DNA from: Candidatus Saccharimonadales bacterium
Lineage (GTDB): Bacteria > Patescibacteriota > Saccharimonadia > Saccharimonadales > DATKHC01
Direction: 5' to 3'
DNA: 64,000 nucleotides
Assembly (NCBI GenBank): GCA_038317055.1
Contig: JBBQBA010000001.1
Location: 408,153-472,152, forward strand
Shown: piece after piece, positions 1-9,774 of the stretch
Numbering within the stretch: position 1 is the first letter of the stretch
Layout: each line of letters starts with the position of its first letter
Position numbers and translations under genes: made by a program
The notes under the pieces: model-generated
The model's input: the letters and a program-made list of their open reading frames with translations, nothing else
Databases searched by the model: none
Told to the model about the DNA's origin: nothing

Positions 1-270
1 GGTCATTTAATTTGGGTTGAATCAACTGATGAAGTAAGACATAACAGAGCAAATCATAACCTTCGCAAGGGCGAAGCTGTAGTAAGTTTGGCAGAATTTA
101 AGCGCCAGGAAGACGAACAATGGGTACCAAGACCTGATTTACCAGAAGACATACAAATGAACGTGTCATATGTTAAAAATCACGCAAATATGATTCTAGA
201 GAATAACTCAGATAATCTAAATGAGTTTAAAAATATTGCCCAAAATCTTATTAAAGAGATTAAGTTTTAG
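1..270 (+). CDS. 3' end of a CDS entering from upstream of the window (unidentified)
   Basis: Frame 1 is open from base 1 (GHLIWVESTDEVRHNRANHNLRKGEAV...) and runs into the listed 88..270 ORF up to its stop. No diagnostic motif in the visible 89 aa. Confidence 0.3.
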   Translation, partial: GHLIWVESTDEVRHNRANHNLRKGEAVVSLAEFKRQEDEQWVPRPDLPEDIQMNVSYVKNHANMILENNSDNLNEFKNIAQNLIKEIKF

Positions 271-308
271 CATTATTAATCTTGTCTCTCAAGATATACT
301 ATTAGGAC

Positions 309-2957
309 ATGCCAGAGAAACGTAAGAGATTCGTAATAATTGACGGTAAGAGTGTTTTTTATCGTGGCTATTATGCAATGCCTAGTCTTATGACTAAAGA
401 GGGCACCCCAACAGGGGGTATTTATGGTTTTGCGGTTATGGCTCTAGAAGTTCTAAAAAGACTTAAACCAGACTATGTATGTATTGCATGGGACAAACCA
501 AAAACTAATATTCGAAAGCGTTTAGCAATATATCCAGAATATAAAGCTGGTCGCAAACCAGCTCCAGCTGATTTTTATGATCAGATTCCGATTTTGCATA
601 AACTTTTAGATGCTTTCGGTTGGCCACTTTATGAGCTCGACGATTATGAAGCAGATGATATTTTAGGTACTTTGGCTCATCAGGCAAAAGAGAAGAATAT
701 AGAAACCTTACTAGTAACAAGTGACATGGATGTTCTTCAACTTGTAAATTCACATACACACGCATATTTACTCAAAAAAGGTCTAAGCAATATAGAAGAG
801 TTTTCGCTAGAAAGTTTTGAAGCAAAATATGGTATACCATCTAGCAAATTCTTGGACTACAAAGCACTAGCAGGCGATTCTTCTGATAATATCCCGGGAG
901 TGCCAGGTGTTGGTGACAAAACAGCACTAGATTTACTCAAGGTATATAAGGATATTGATGATATTTATGCAAACCTAGATTTAATAAAAGAAAGTACAAA
1001 AATAAAACTTGTATCGGGAAAAGACTCAGCATATATGAGTAAAAAATTGGCTGAAATATGGTTGGATGCTCCAATTAAATTAGATTTAAAAGAAGTAGAC
1101 GGAAGTAAATCAGACCCTAAAGAGATACAGAGAATATTAAAAGAACTAGAATTTAGAACTTTAATTACAAGGCTACCTGAGGTATTTAAAATTGAAGATG
1201 AATATGTACCAACTAATAACGCACAGCTGAATGTAGCAAAAAACTTAGTTATTGATTCAGATGAAAAATTTTTAAAACTGGAACTTAAGAATGTGAAGAA
1301 CCTTATTGTTCATGGTCGTTCCAGCGGTAAACACGGAGTAGGCCCAAAGCTCCTAATTTTGAGTCCTTCTCCTGAAAAGGTTTATACGTTAAAGCTAGAT
1401 AATATAAAGAAAGCAAATATTGAGACAAAACTTGGCCCAATACTTTCCAGTCATGAAGTATCTAAGATTGGTTATGATATTAAGTCGTCAATTGAACTGG
1501 GCTATAACCTTGGCGTTGATTTACTCAATGTTGGTCACGACGTTCTGATTGGTTCATTTCTTCTAAGTCCGCTTCGACGGGGATTAACTCTAACAGATCT
1601 TGCCGAGAATGATATAGATTATGAGGGATCATCATTAGAAAATCTTGATGATGAAGAATTTATTGCTAAAGCTCCGGAGATTATTGCGGTAATACGAAGC
1701 CTATGGGAATTACAGCTAAAGGAATTTAAGAAATTTCCGAAAATGTATTCACTTGCTCAAGATATTGAATTTGAGATAATTCCAATCCTCGCAAAAATGG
1801 AACATATTGGCATAGAACTAAACACGAAACAATTAAATATAATGTCCGATAAGTTGAGTGATCAAATTAGTGACATCGAGCAAAATATTTATGGCTATGC
1901 AAATAAGGAATTTAACATTAGTTCGCCATCACAACTAGCCGATATTTTATTCGAAGATCTTAATTTACCAACAACTGGAATTAAAAAAGGAAAAACAGGT
2001 TATTCAACTGCTTTTCGTGAACTAGATAAGCTTCGTGGATCTCACCCGATAATTGACCTAATTAGTGAATACAGAGAACTTACAAAACTTAAAAGTACAT
2101 ATGTTGATGCGCTCCCACTACTTGTAGATGATAATTCGAGACTTCACACAACTTTTAATTTGACTATTGCTCAAACTGGACGACTAAGTTCAACGGACCC
2201 TAATTTACAAAATATTCCCGTAAAAACTGATTTAGGTAGAGAAATTAGAGCAGCGTTCGTTGCTGGTCCTCACAATGTATTAATTAGTGCAGATTATTCT
2301 CAGTTTGAACTTCGATTAGCAGCTTATCTATCTGATGATAAAGAGCAAATTGAACAGTTCAATAATGATGCAGACATTCATACATTAACAGCAGCTCAGA
2401 TACACGGACGTAATCCCGAAGATGTAACCAAACAAATGCGTCGAACCGCTAAAGCAATTAACTTTGGCATTTTATATGGAATGAGCCCACATGGTCTGAG
2501 TGTTGCAACTGGAATGACCGTTGTAGCCGCCAAATCTTTTATCGATAAATATTATGAACTTAGAAAGCCATTAATAGACTATATGAATAACGTTAAGAAA
2601 AAAGCCGCAAAAGATGGCTATGTAGAAAATTTATTTGGTCGTCGTCGACCCATGCCAGATATAAATTCTCCTAACTTTATACTTAGACAAGCTGCAGAAC
2701 GGGCTGCAATTAATATGCCCATACAGGGAACAGCCGCTGATTTGATGAAGCTGGCTATGATAAATGTAGATAAAAAATTAAAAGATAGCGGCTGTAATGT
2801 ATTACTTCAAATACACGATTCAATCCTAGTTGAATGCCCAGAGACAAAGGCTAAAAGTGTCGAAAAAATAATTAGAGAAACTATGGAAGCAGCGTACTCA
2901 CTACCAATTAAGCTAACAGTCGATACTAACACTGGTAAAAATTGGAGTGATCTCTAG
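309..2957 (+). CDS. polA: DNA polymerase I
   Basis: 882 aa. Has a 5'-nuclease N-terminus (GGIYGF, DNIPGVPGVGDKTA) and Pol A motifs DYSQFELR, RRTAKAINFGILYGMS and QIHDSILVE. The middle domain shows no obvious DxE exonuclease motif. Confidence 0.95.
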   Translation: MPEKRKRFVIIDGKSVFYRGYYAMPSLMTKEGTPTGGIYGFAVMALEVLKRLKPDYVCIAWDKPKTNIRKRLAIYPEYKAGRKPAPADFYDQIPILHKLLDAFGWPLYELDDYEADDILGTLAHQAKEKNIETLLVTSDMDVLQLVNSHTHAYLLKKGLSNIEEFSLESFEAKYGIPSSKFLDYKALAGDSSDNIPGVPGVGDKTALDLLKVYKDIDDIYANLDLIKESTKIKLVSGKDSAYMSKKLAEIWLDAPIKLDLKEVDGSKSDPKEIQRILKELEFRTLITRLPEVFKIEDEYVPTNNAQLNVAKNLVIDSDEKFLKLELKNVKNLIVHGRSSGKHGVGPKLLILSPSPEKVYTLKLDNIKKANIETKLGPILSSHEVSKIGYDIKSSIELGYNLGVDLLNVGHDVLIGSFLLSPLRRGLTLTDLAENDIDYEGSSLENLDDEEFIAKAPEIIAVIRSLWELQLKEFKKFPKMYSLAQDIEFEIIPILAKMEHIGIELNTKQLNIMSDKLSDQISDIEQNIYGYANKEFNISSPSQLADILFEDLNLPTTGIKKGKTGYSTAFRELDKLRGSHPIIDLISEYRELTKLKSTYVDALPLLVDDNSRLHTTFNLTIAQTGRLSSTDPNLQNIPVKTDLGREIRAAFVAGPHNVLISADYSQFELRLAAYLSDDKEQIEQFNNDADIHTLTAAQIHGRNPEDVTKQMRRTAKAINFGILYGMSPHGLSVATGMTVVAAKSFIDKYYELRKPLIDYMNNVKKKAAKDGYVENLFGRRRPMPDINSPNFILRQAAERAAINMPIQGTAADLMKLAMINVDKKLKDSGCNVLLQIHDSILVECPETKAKSVEKIIRETMEAAYSLPIKLTVDTNTGKNWSDL

Positions 2958-3003
2958 AATTAACTTTGCAAATAGTAGTTAAATATGATATTATATTGCG
3001 AAT

Positions 3004-3579
3004 ATGAGATTTTTCCTGAGCATTTTAGGTGTTGTTATCTTTATCGTAGTAGTAATTGTTATTATTGCTAGTCACGGAGCTCCTAAGGTTGTAACAAAAC
3101 CAATTAGCTTGAGTACATACAACACACCAACTAGTACTCTTACCCAAATAACTACTGGGCAATTAGTTGCAGACAGTCGTCGACAAGCTATTAAAATTAC
3201 CGTAACTCAGTCCCAGGTAAGTATCTACATTTTAAATGGATATAATCAGACAATTGCTAAGTCAGAATCATTTGCTAATAACTCTACTGCATATGGTGAT
3301 TTTCTAGGAGCTGTGCAACTTGCAGGTTTCACGAATTCACGTTTAACTACTCAGTCTAATATGTTTGGTATATGCCCACTCGGTAATACTTACCAGTATC
3401 AGCTAAATAATGGCAGTAAGACTACATCTAATTTATGGTCAACATCATGTAGATTAAGTGATGGTACTTTCAATGGTAACGGCTCTTTAATTCGACAACT
3501 TTTTAATTTACAAGTTCCTAATTACAGTAATTTTCTAAATAAATCAATTAACAATAGTTTAACTTCTACTACTTACTAA
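3004..3579 (+). CDS. Hypothetical protein with N-terminal membrane anchor
   Basis: 191 aa. Hydrophobic N-terminus (FFLSILGVVIFIVVVIVIIA) followed by an S/T/N-rich, Cys-containing extracytoplasmic-looking domain. No known motif. Confidence 0.45.
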   Translation: MRFFLSILGVVIFIVVVIVIIASHGAPKVVTKPISLSTYNTPTSTLTQITTGQLVADSRRQAIKITVTQSQVSIYILNGYNQTIAKSESFANNSTAYGDFLGAVQLAGFTNSRLTTQSNMFGICPLGNTYQYQLNNGSKTTSNLWSTSCRLSDGTFNGNGSLIRQLFNLQVPNYSNFLNKSINNSLTSTTY

Positions 3580-3812
3580 CCAAGGTAAATTACGACTCTT
3601 TTGTCACTTTCACATATTTTTTGAATCTCTGGAATATTCATTCTAATACTATTTGAGAGTGCTGAATTACTTACATAAATAACAATTTTATTCACTTCGA
3701 TTTTAACCGTAGCTTTTTCATTGAACTTTTTAAAAATATAATCTTTAATGATTTTAATTTCTGGTGGTTCTGATAAATTTTTACGAGACAACAAGTCCGA
3801 TATATTATCCAT
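3576..3812 (-). CDS. Small DUF721/DciA-like protein (tentative)
   Basis: 78 aa. The pattern ...ATVKIEVNKIVIYVSNSALSNSIRMNIPEIQKI... resembles DUF721 proteins. By-eye call only. Confidence 0.35.
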   Translation of the reverse strand: MDNISDLLSRKNLSEPPEIKIIKDYIFKKFNEKATVKIEVNKIVIYVSNSALSNSIRMNIPEIQKICESDKRVVIYLG

Positions 3813-3847
3813 AGATCTTTATTATAGCTGATACAATAAATGCTACT

Positions 3848-4723
3848 ATGCCGGAGTTACCAGAAGTCGAGACAGTTAAAAATGGACTAATACGCTATTT
3901 AATTAATAAAGTAGTTATTAGCGTTAGTTTCGATTGGCCAAAAGGTTTTCCTAACGATCAGGCATCTATAGACAGCTTCCTAATAAATTCTAAAATACTT
4001 TCAATAAGACGCCGGGGTAAAGTAATAATTATAAATTTGGATTCAGACTATAGCTTAGTAATTCATTTAAAGATGACTGGACAACTAGTTTATAAGGACG
4101 GTGAAAAAAGATTTGGGGCAGGGCACCCAAATGATAGTTTAGTTGGAAAACTTCCAGATAAATCTACGCGAGTAATTATAACTTTCAAAGATAAAAGCGT
4201 TTTGTTTTTTAACGATCAAAGGAAATTTGGTTGGATAAAATTAATACCGACCATTGAAGTGCCAAATATAGATTTCTTTAAAAAAATTGGTCCTGAACCA
4301 CTTGAAAAATCTTTTACATGGAAGGTGTTTCAAGATCAACTATCTAAACGTCCTAATAGTCTAATCAAAGCTGCCTTACTGGATCAAACTGTAGTTGCTG
4401 GTATAGGTAATATATATGCTGATGAGAGTTTATGGGGTGCAAAAATACACCCATCAACTAGAGTAAGAAATGTGTCACTCCCAAAAGTTAAATTACTACA
4501 TGAATCTATAATAGACGTGTTAAATCTAAGTATTGAAAAGGGTGGTTCTACTGATAAAAACTATGTTGATGCTGAGGGCAAAAAGGGAAGTTACTTAAAG
4601 TTTGCAAAAGTATTCCGACGAGAAGGATTAGATTGTCCTCGCTGCAGTACCGTTATAATTAAACTTAGAATAGCAGGGCGGGGTACACATATTTGTCCAA
4701 AAGAACAAAGGTTAATTAAATGA
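3848..4723 (+). CDS. mutM: Formamidopyrimidine-DNA glycosylase
   Basis: Canonical N-terminus MPELPEVETV, Fpg-typical length of 291 aa, and a C-terminal zinc-finger-like CPRC...C segment. Confidence 0.9.
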   Translation: MPELPEVETVKNGLIRYLINKVVISVSFDWPKGFPNDQASIDSFLINSKILSIRRRGKVIIINLDSDYSLVIHLKMTGQLVYKDGEKRFGAGHPNDSLVGKLPDKSTRVIITFKDKSVLFFNDQRKFGWIKLIPTIEVPNIDFFKKIGPEPLEKSFTWKVFQDQLSKRPNSLIKAALLDQTVVAGIGNIYADESLWGAKIHPSTRVRNVSLPKVKLLHESIIDVLNLSIEKGGSTDKNYVDAEGKKGSYLKFAKVFRREGLDCPRCSTVIIKLRIAGRGTHICPKEQRLIK

Positions 4724-5640
4724 TTGTTACGTTAGCTGGTTCAAATGAATTCATGATTGAGTTTGAACTAAAAAAAATTCTTAAGGAATTTGTGGCAAAG
4801 CACGGCGACATGGCAGTTGAACAAATTGATGGAGCTGAGGCAGATTTACAAGAAATAACAGATAGTATTTCGGGTATATCTTTTTTGTTTCCAAACAAAC
4901 TAATAATTCTAAGAAGGGGTTCTAGCAACAAACAATTTATTGATTCGATTACACAAATAGTTGAAAATATTCCCGAGAATAACGACCTAATTATAGTTGA
5001 ACCAAATATAGACAAAAGACTTAGTTACTATAAAACCCTGAAGAAAATAAGTGATTTCAAAATGTATGATGAATTAGATCCTGGACAACTTTCGAGGTGG
5101 ATTGAGCAAAAAGTAAAAGAAAATGGTGGCAATATAAATAGCTCAGACAGTAGACATTTAATTGAAGTAGCAGGGAACAATCAACTACGAATATCTAACG
5201 AAATAGATAAATTAATCAGCTACAATCCAAAAATAAACAGAGTGTCAATCGATAGTCTAATAGAACCAATCCCGCAAACTACGATTTTTCAATTACTTGA
5301 TGCGGCGTTCAGTGGTAAAAATCAAGAAATTCTAAATATATACGAAGAACAAAAACGTCAGAAGGTAGCACCACAGCAGGTTATCGCTATGTTGACGTGG
5401 CAGATTCATATTTTAGCTATGATAAAAGCCGCGGGAAATGCTTCATCTGCAGAAATTGCCAGCAAAACCAAGACGAGCCCATATGTTATAGGCAAAAGTA
5501 TGATAATTGCGAATAAAATGAGTATGAACGAAATAAAAGATCTAACAAGTAATTTGTTAGAACTAGACATTAAATTAAAAAATCAAACAGTTGATGCTGA
5601 TGATGCACTGCTTCAATTACTTCTCACAGTAGGAAACTAA
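4720..5640 (+). CDS. holA: DNA polymerase III delta subunit (clamp-loader delta)
   Basis: 306 aa. The start overlaps the mutM stop (ATGA). N-terminal and overall pattern is HolA-like (ISFLFPNKLIILR..., ...QLRISNEIDKL...). No sharp motif. Confidence 0.65.
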   Translation: MIVTLAGSNEFMIEFELKKILKEFVAKHGDMAVEQIDGAEADLQEITDSISGISFLFPNKLIILRRGSSNKQFIDSITQIVENIPENNDLIIVEPNIDKRLSYYKTLKKISDFKMYDELDPGQLSRWIEQKVKENGGNINSSDSRHLIEVAGNNQLRISNEIDKLISYNPKINRVSIDSLIEPIPQTTIFQLLDAAFSGKNQEILNIYEEQKRQKVAPQQVIAMLTWQIHILAMIKAAGNASSAEIASKTKTSPYVIGKSMIIANKMSMNEIKDLTSNLLELDIKLKNQTVDADDALLQLLLTVGN

Positions 5641-5644
5641 GCCA

Positions 5645-5971
5645 CTATTTTTTTACTGGTGCTTTTTTAGCAATTGTAGCTTTTTTAGGTGTAGTAGGAG
5701 TTTGTTTGATGGATGCGGCTTTAACTTGAGCGGACAATTGTCTCTGTTTACGAGCAACTTTGTGCTTGTGCATTAAACCTTTTTTACCAGCAACGTCGAG
5801 AGCACTTTGATTTTTTCGGTGAGCTTCAATTAGAGTTTTCTTGTTTGTTCCAGTAGATGCTATTCGTACATCCTTTTGGGCAGCACGTAAGACTCGTTTT
5901 GTACGCAAATTCTCCGCAGTTGCTTTCTTAGCAACTCTTACTCGTTTTTTAGCTGATTTGATGATTGGCAT
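5645..5971 (-). CDS. rpsT: 30S ribosomal protein S20
   Basis: MPIIKSAKKRVRVAKKATAENLRTKR... is a typical S20 N-terminus. The protein is strongly basic, 108 aa. Confidence 0.9.
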   Translation of the reverse strand: MPIIKSAKKRVRVAKKATAENLRTKRVLRAAQKDVRIASTGTNKKTLIEAHRKNQSALDVAGKKGLMHKHKVARKQRQLSAQVKAASIKQTPTTPKKATIAKKAPVKK

Positions 5972-6203
5972 CTATATATTCCTTTATAAATTTCGATAGT
6001 TAACTATAACTTAAAAATCATCTACTTGTAAAGTCAATAGTAGATTTAGAAGACAATTTTCTTAAAATATATAACCTGTCGGTTATCAATCCGTCAAATA
6101 CGTAGGTAGACCGAATTCATATTTGGCAACAGAAAGTGTTTTAAATTTGTATGAGTGGCATTCCGCTTTTGTCTACATATATAAATGCATATAGTATATT
6201 TTT

Positions 6204-6962
6204 ATGAGAACTGCTCTAGAAATATATAATGAACGATCACCAAATTTAACTAGATTGCCTATACCGGCTGAGTTCCCGGATCGTTTTGAAGTCGAAGACA
6301 ATCAGACTGATTGGTCAGTTTCAGTGCCGGCTTATATCAACAGACCTTATTGTGTAACTGAAAATTTAATAGAAGCAATGAGGACCGGCGTAGCAGAGTC
6401 TGAAAACATTTCTGAGATTGAAAGATCTTTTGAAGGATTCGAAATAGATGAAAAAGGAAGGCCACTTAATCCCCAGGGAAGAACCGGGATTGGTGGTAGA
6501 GGACATTTATATAACTGGGGTGAAGGCATAACTGCCGATGCTGTTGTGGCTAGACATACTAGTAATGGTGATGAACTTCTAATTATAAGAAAACCCGGTG
6601 AAACTAAGCCGGGTTTACCAGGTGGTTTCGTTAATCCAGGTGAAGATGTGATAGCGGCCGCTATCAGAGAAACCGCAGAAGAAACTACCGTAAACGTTGA
6701 TGCGTCAGTGCCTAAGTTTATTGGCAGAATAATAACTAGAAGTAAGAGAACAACAGATAACGCATGGATAACTACAAACGGTGTTTTCATTTATCCAGAT
6801 AGTTTTAATCCAAACCAAATACCTGATGGCAAGGATGATGTAATTGAAGCAGAATGGTTTTCGCTAACAAGGGAGCTTCTAATTCCAATGTCTGAACACC
6901 ATAAAGTACTAGTTCAAACAATTATCGATTTAGGTGAAATAAGCTTAACCACCTCAAGTTAA
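6204..6962 (+). CDS. NUDIX hydrolase, NUDT9/ADP-ribose pyrophosphatase-like
   Basis: Nudix box GLPGGFVNPGEDVIAAAIRETAEETTV. The upstream GRTGIGGRGHLYNWG segment resembles NUDT9-type ADPR pyrophosphatases. Confidence 0.7.
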   Translation: MRTALEIYNERSPNLTRLPIPAEFPDRFEVEDNQTDWSVSVPAYINRPYCVTENLIEAMRTGVAESENISEIERSFEGFEIDEKGRPLNPQGRTGIGGRGHLYNWGEGITADAVVARHTSNGDELLIIRKPGETKPGLPGGFVNPGEDVIAAAIRETAEETTVNVDASVPKFIGRIITRSKRTTDNAWITTNGVFIYPDSFNPNQIPDGKDDVIEAEWFSLTRELLIPMSEHHKVLVQTIIDLGEISLTTSS

Positions 6963-7002
6963 GTATTTACAAAATCAACTAAATATTCTATTATAGTTTT
7001 AA

Positions 7003-7395
7003 ATGTACGAAAAAGACTTATCTCAAGAACCATCAGATGAAGTAGTAGATATATTGTTTAACTTAGGTATGCCATATCCATCACCTGTTAATTCTGAAGT
7101 TCATTTACCGGTCGCAAAAGATCTTACTTTGGAAGAAAAAGAAAGATTAATAGCACGATACGATCCAGAAGAAATTAAGTTTTTTGAATTACGAGCTGGT
7201 TTAAATGGATATGACATCCACAGCCTAAGTGCTATAGCAACTATATTCGGCAAAAGCGTAGATGAGGTTAAGGAAATACAAGCATCAGCATTAGTTCATT
7301 CGGATTTTCACAAAATTCCAAATGTTGACCCCAGTAAACCTCCTGTTAGAAAAGACTCGGATTATTTAGAAAAATTTCAGTTTGAGCAAAAATAG
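7003..7395 (+). CDS. Small protein with a sigma-70 region-4-like HTH
   Basis: 130 aa. FFELRAGLNGYDIHSLSAIATIFGKSVDEVKEIQASAL follows the sigma-70 region 4 pattern (LRfGL...tl.eIa..fgvS.erVrQIe..AL). No region 2 is visible. Confidence 0.4.
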   Translation: MYEKDLSQEPSDEVVDILFNLGMPYPSPVNSEVHLPVAKDLTLEEKERLIARYDPEEIKFFELRAGLNGYDIHSLSAIATIFGKSVDEVKEIQASALVHSDFHKIPNVDPSKPPVRKDSDYLEKFQFEQK

Positions 7396-7485
7396 TAACT
7401 TGATATATACATAAGTAATATAAGTTAGACAAACATAAGAAAATTATGGTACTATTTTCGTACAAGGCATAAAATAAAAACAGTC

Positions 7486-9369
7486 ATGGATGACGCAAAA
7501 ACACAATTAGCTAACAGACTTAAAGAAGCCAATAATGTATTGGTCTCAGTTACTAATAACCCTAATGTCGATCAATTTGCTGCTGCAATCGCGCTTACTT
7601 TAATACTTAATAAATTAGGTAAACATGCAACAACTGTATTCAGCGGCACAATTCCGTCTCTAGTAGGGTTCTTACAACCTGAAAAGGTAGTAGAGAAAAA
7701 CACTGATAGTTTAAGAGACTTTATTATTTCGTTAGATAAATCAAAAGCAGACAAGCTTCGTTACAAAATTGAAGACAATTTCGTTAAAATATTTATCACT
7801 CCATATCATTCTTCAATAGGGGAGAAAGATCTTGTATTTAGCCAAGGAGATTTCAATGTAGACGTAGTTGTTGGTCTGGGAGTTCACAAACGTGAAGAAC
7901 TAGATCAAGCAATTATTGCTCATGGACGAATACTTCACGATGCCACAGTCACTACTGTTAATACTCAGCCACCTAGTACATTAGGTAGTATAAATTGGGC
8001 CAACGGAACAAGTAGTAGTATTTGTGAAATGTTAGTTGATTTAACAGACTTACTTGCAAAACAAGGATTATTAGACACCCAAATATCCAATGCTCTTCTA
8101 ACTGGTATTGTTTCGGAAACACAAAGATTCAGTAACCGAAAAACTACTGCAACTACTATGAGCGCAAGTTCAAAACTGTTAGCATCCGGTGCTAACCAAC
8201 AATTAGTTGCAACACAACTAACCCCAAAACCTGCGCCACTTCCGCCACCACCACCTCCACCACCTCCAGTATTGCCACATCCTCCAAAACCAGCACCAAT
8301 GGGACCACCACCTCCACCACCAAAGAAAGAGTCAACGTTACCTCAACAGTTAAAGAGCGTTGAGAAAGATGATAAAAAGAAAAATGAATACGGAGTTCTA
8401 GAGATAAACCATAGTTCTGATGGATCTGATCCTGACGTTAAAACTGAAGAAGAAAGCGTAGCTCAAGTTTCAATAAATGATCAGGGAGACTTAATGGTTA
8501 TGGACGGTGATGCTGCCACAGCTCCGCCTCCAGCACCACCTCAACAGCCTGTTGTTGAACCAGAAGTAGATAAACAAGCTGATGTAAAAGAAGAAGCTAC
8601 TCCTGAATTAAAACCCGCACCACCACTGGATTTACCACCTCCAACGTTACCTGAAACACAAGTCCCAGCAATGCCAGATTATGTTCCACCACCCCTGGTT
8701 GCGATTCCTGCAGATTCATCTCAAAAGCCTGATCCTACAAAACCTGTGGATATACCAAAAGAAGAACCAAAACAGGTAGAACCACCAAAACAAGAGGAAC
8801 AACCTAAGCCCAATGACAGTGCAAGTTCTCCAAAACCAGTTATGGAACCTCCACCAACAGATGCAATGTTGAACGGGGATAACTTCACCGGTGCGGACTC
8901 AAGTGGATTTGGTACACCTGGTGCAGGAGAAGGGTCAATTCCACCAAACTCTCCTATGCCAATGATGAGCCACAATAACTCACCACCTCCTGTCGAGCAA
9001 CTAGCTGAAAAACCTCCATTAGTGGCTGCACCTCCTCCATCTATGTCTAGTCCTAATTCGTCAAATTTAGCTGACGTTAGAGATGCTGTTAATAATGCCT
9101 TAACAGCCAGTCCTGCCTCTATTGCAAACCAACCACTTGCTTCACTAAATTCACAAGAAGTTGATATAGGCTTGAACTCGCCAGCTCCTCAACAAGGGGC
9201 ACCGATAGCGCCTGGAAGTAGTATGGAACCAAAGATAGTTTCACCAACTCAAGCAACAGTACCAGAAGCACCTGACAGCGGACAGATGTCTATGTCAGCT
9301 CCTCCAGTGCCACCACCAATCGTTCCAATAAACGACAATAATCTACCACCTTCATTTACTGCACTATAA
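7486..9369 (+). CDS. DHH-family (NrnA-like) fold with degenerate catalytic motifs, fused to a long proline-rich tail
   Basis: 627 aa. The N-terminal ~240 aa align by eye to NrnA, but DPD is replaced by PNVD, CDT by GLG, DHH by NTQ and GDTGRF by SETQRF. The remaining ~390 aa are P/E/K/S-rich low complexity, including PPPPPPPPP. Confidence 0.55.
   Translation: MDDAKTQLANRLKEANNVLVSVTNNPNVDQFAAAIALTLILNKLGKHATTVFSGTIPSLVGFLQPEKVVEKNTDSLRDFIISLDKSKADKLRYKIEDNFVKIFITPYHSSIGEKDLVFSQGDFNVDVVVGLGVHKREELDQAIIAHGRILHDATVTTVNTQPPSTLGSINWANGTSSSICEMLVDLTDLLAKQGLLDTQISNALLTGIVSETQRFSNRKTTATTMSASSKLLASGANQQLVATQLTPKPAPLPPPPPPPPPVLPHPPKPAPMGPPPPPPKKESTLPQQLKSVEKDDKKKNEYGVLEINHSSDGSDPDVKTEEESVAQVSINDQGDLMVMDGDAATAPPPAPPQQPVVEPEVDKQADVKEEATPELKPAPPLDLPPPTLPETQVPAMPDYVPPPLVAIPADSSQKPDPTKPVDIPKEEPKQVEPPKQEEQPKPNDSASSPKPVMEPPPTDAMLNGDNFTGADSSGFGTPGAGEGSIPPNSPMPMMSHNNSPPPVEQLAEKPPLVAAPPPSMSSPNSSNLADVRDAVNNALTASPASIANQPLASLNSQEVDIGLNSPAPQQGAPIAPGSSMEPKIVSPTQATVPEAPDSGQMSMSAPPVPPPIVPINDNNLPPSFTAL
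8242..8268 (+). repeat. Nine consecutive proline codons, (CCN)9, inside the 7486..9369 CDS
   Basis: ccgccaccaccacctccaccacctcca read directly. A second shorter run lies at about 8303..8320. Confidence 0.6.
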
Positions 9370-9436
9370 TTGAATAAAATAATGGAGCGTTATGGTTGAT
9401 TAACTGATTAGTTTATGTTAGAATGTAGCCACAGTT

Positions 9437-9703
9437 ATGGTAAAAAGCGAGAAAAAACAAGCAGAAAGTGCTAGCTTAGCAATTAGCAAGGACGACACTG
9501 GATCCAGTGCAGTTCAGGCCGCTAATTTAACTAAACGCATAGCTGAAATAACCGAACACGTTAAATTGAATAAACACGATTTCATGGCTCGCCGAGGATT
9601 ACTACAACTAGTTGGCCGACGGAGACGACTTTTACAATACATCGCTAAAAGAGACCCTCAGCAATACCTGAAGGTAGTAAAGACCCTTGGTCTTAGACAT
9701 TAA
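9437..9703 (+). CDS. rpsO: 30S ribosomal protein S15
   Basis: 88 aa. ...[29 protein letters not shown]... is the S15 signature region, and the gene sits in the classical rpsO-pnp arrangement. Confidence 0.95.
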   Translation: [88 protein letters not shown]

Positions 9704-9718
9704 TAAGTAAACATTTTT

Positions 9719-9774
9719 TGTGCATAGGCTATATTCATCCCCCTGATATAACCGGAGTGATAAGCTTGTGCACA
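9719..9774 (+). promoter_or_regulatory. Long imperfect hairpin in the rpsO-pnp intergenic region
   Basis: Outer arms tgtgcataggct / agcttgtgcaca (10 of 12 complementary) and inner arms attcatcc / ggagtgat (with G-U pairs). Located between the rpsO stop (9703) and the pnp start (9875). Confidence 0.4.

Noticed and set aside
5996-6007. Perfect 12-bp palindrome atagttaactat upstream of rpsT
   Set aside because: It is a single short AT-rich palindrome (it contains a GTTAAC site) in an AT-rich spacer, with no second copy seen. That is insufficient to call an operator.
8221-8330. (CCN)n tract as a phase-variable simple sequence repeat
   Set aside because: The codons are mixed (cca/cct/ccg), not a pure mono- or dinucleotide or identical-unit repeat, and the tract is in frame coding polyproline. 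Slippage-based switching is unlikely.
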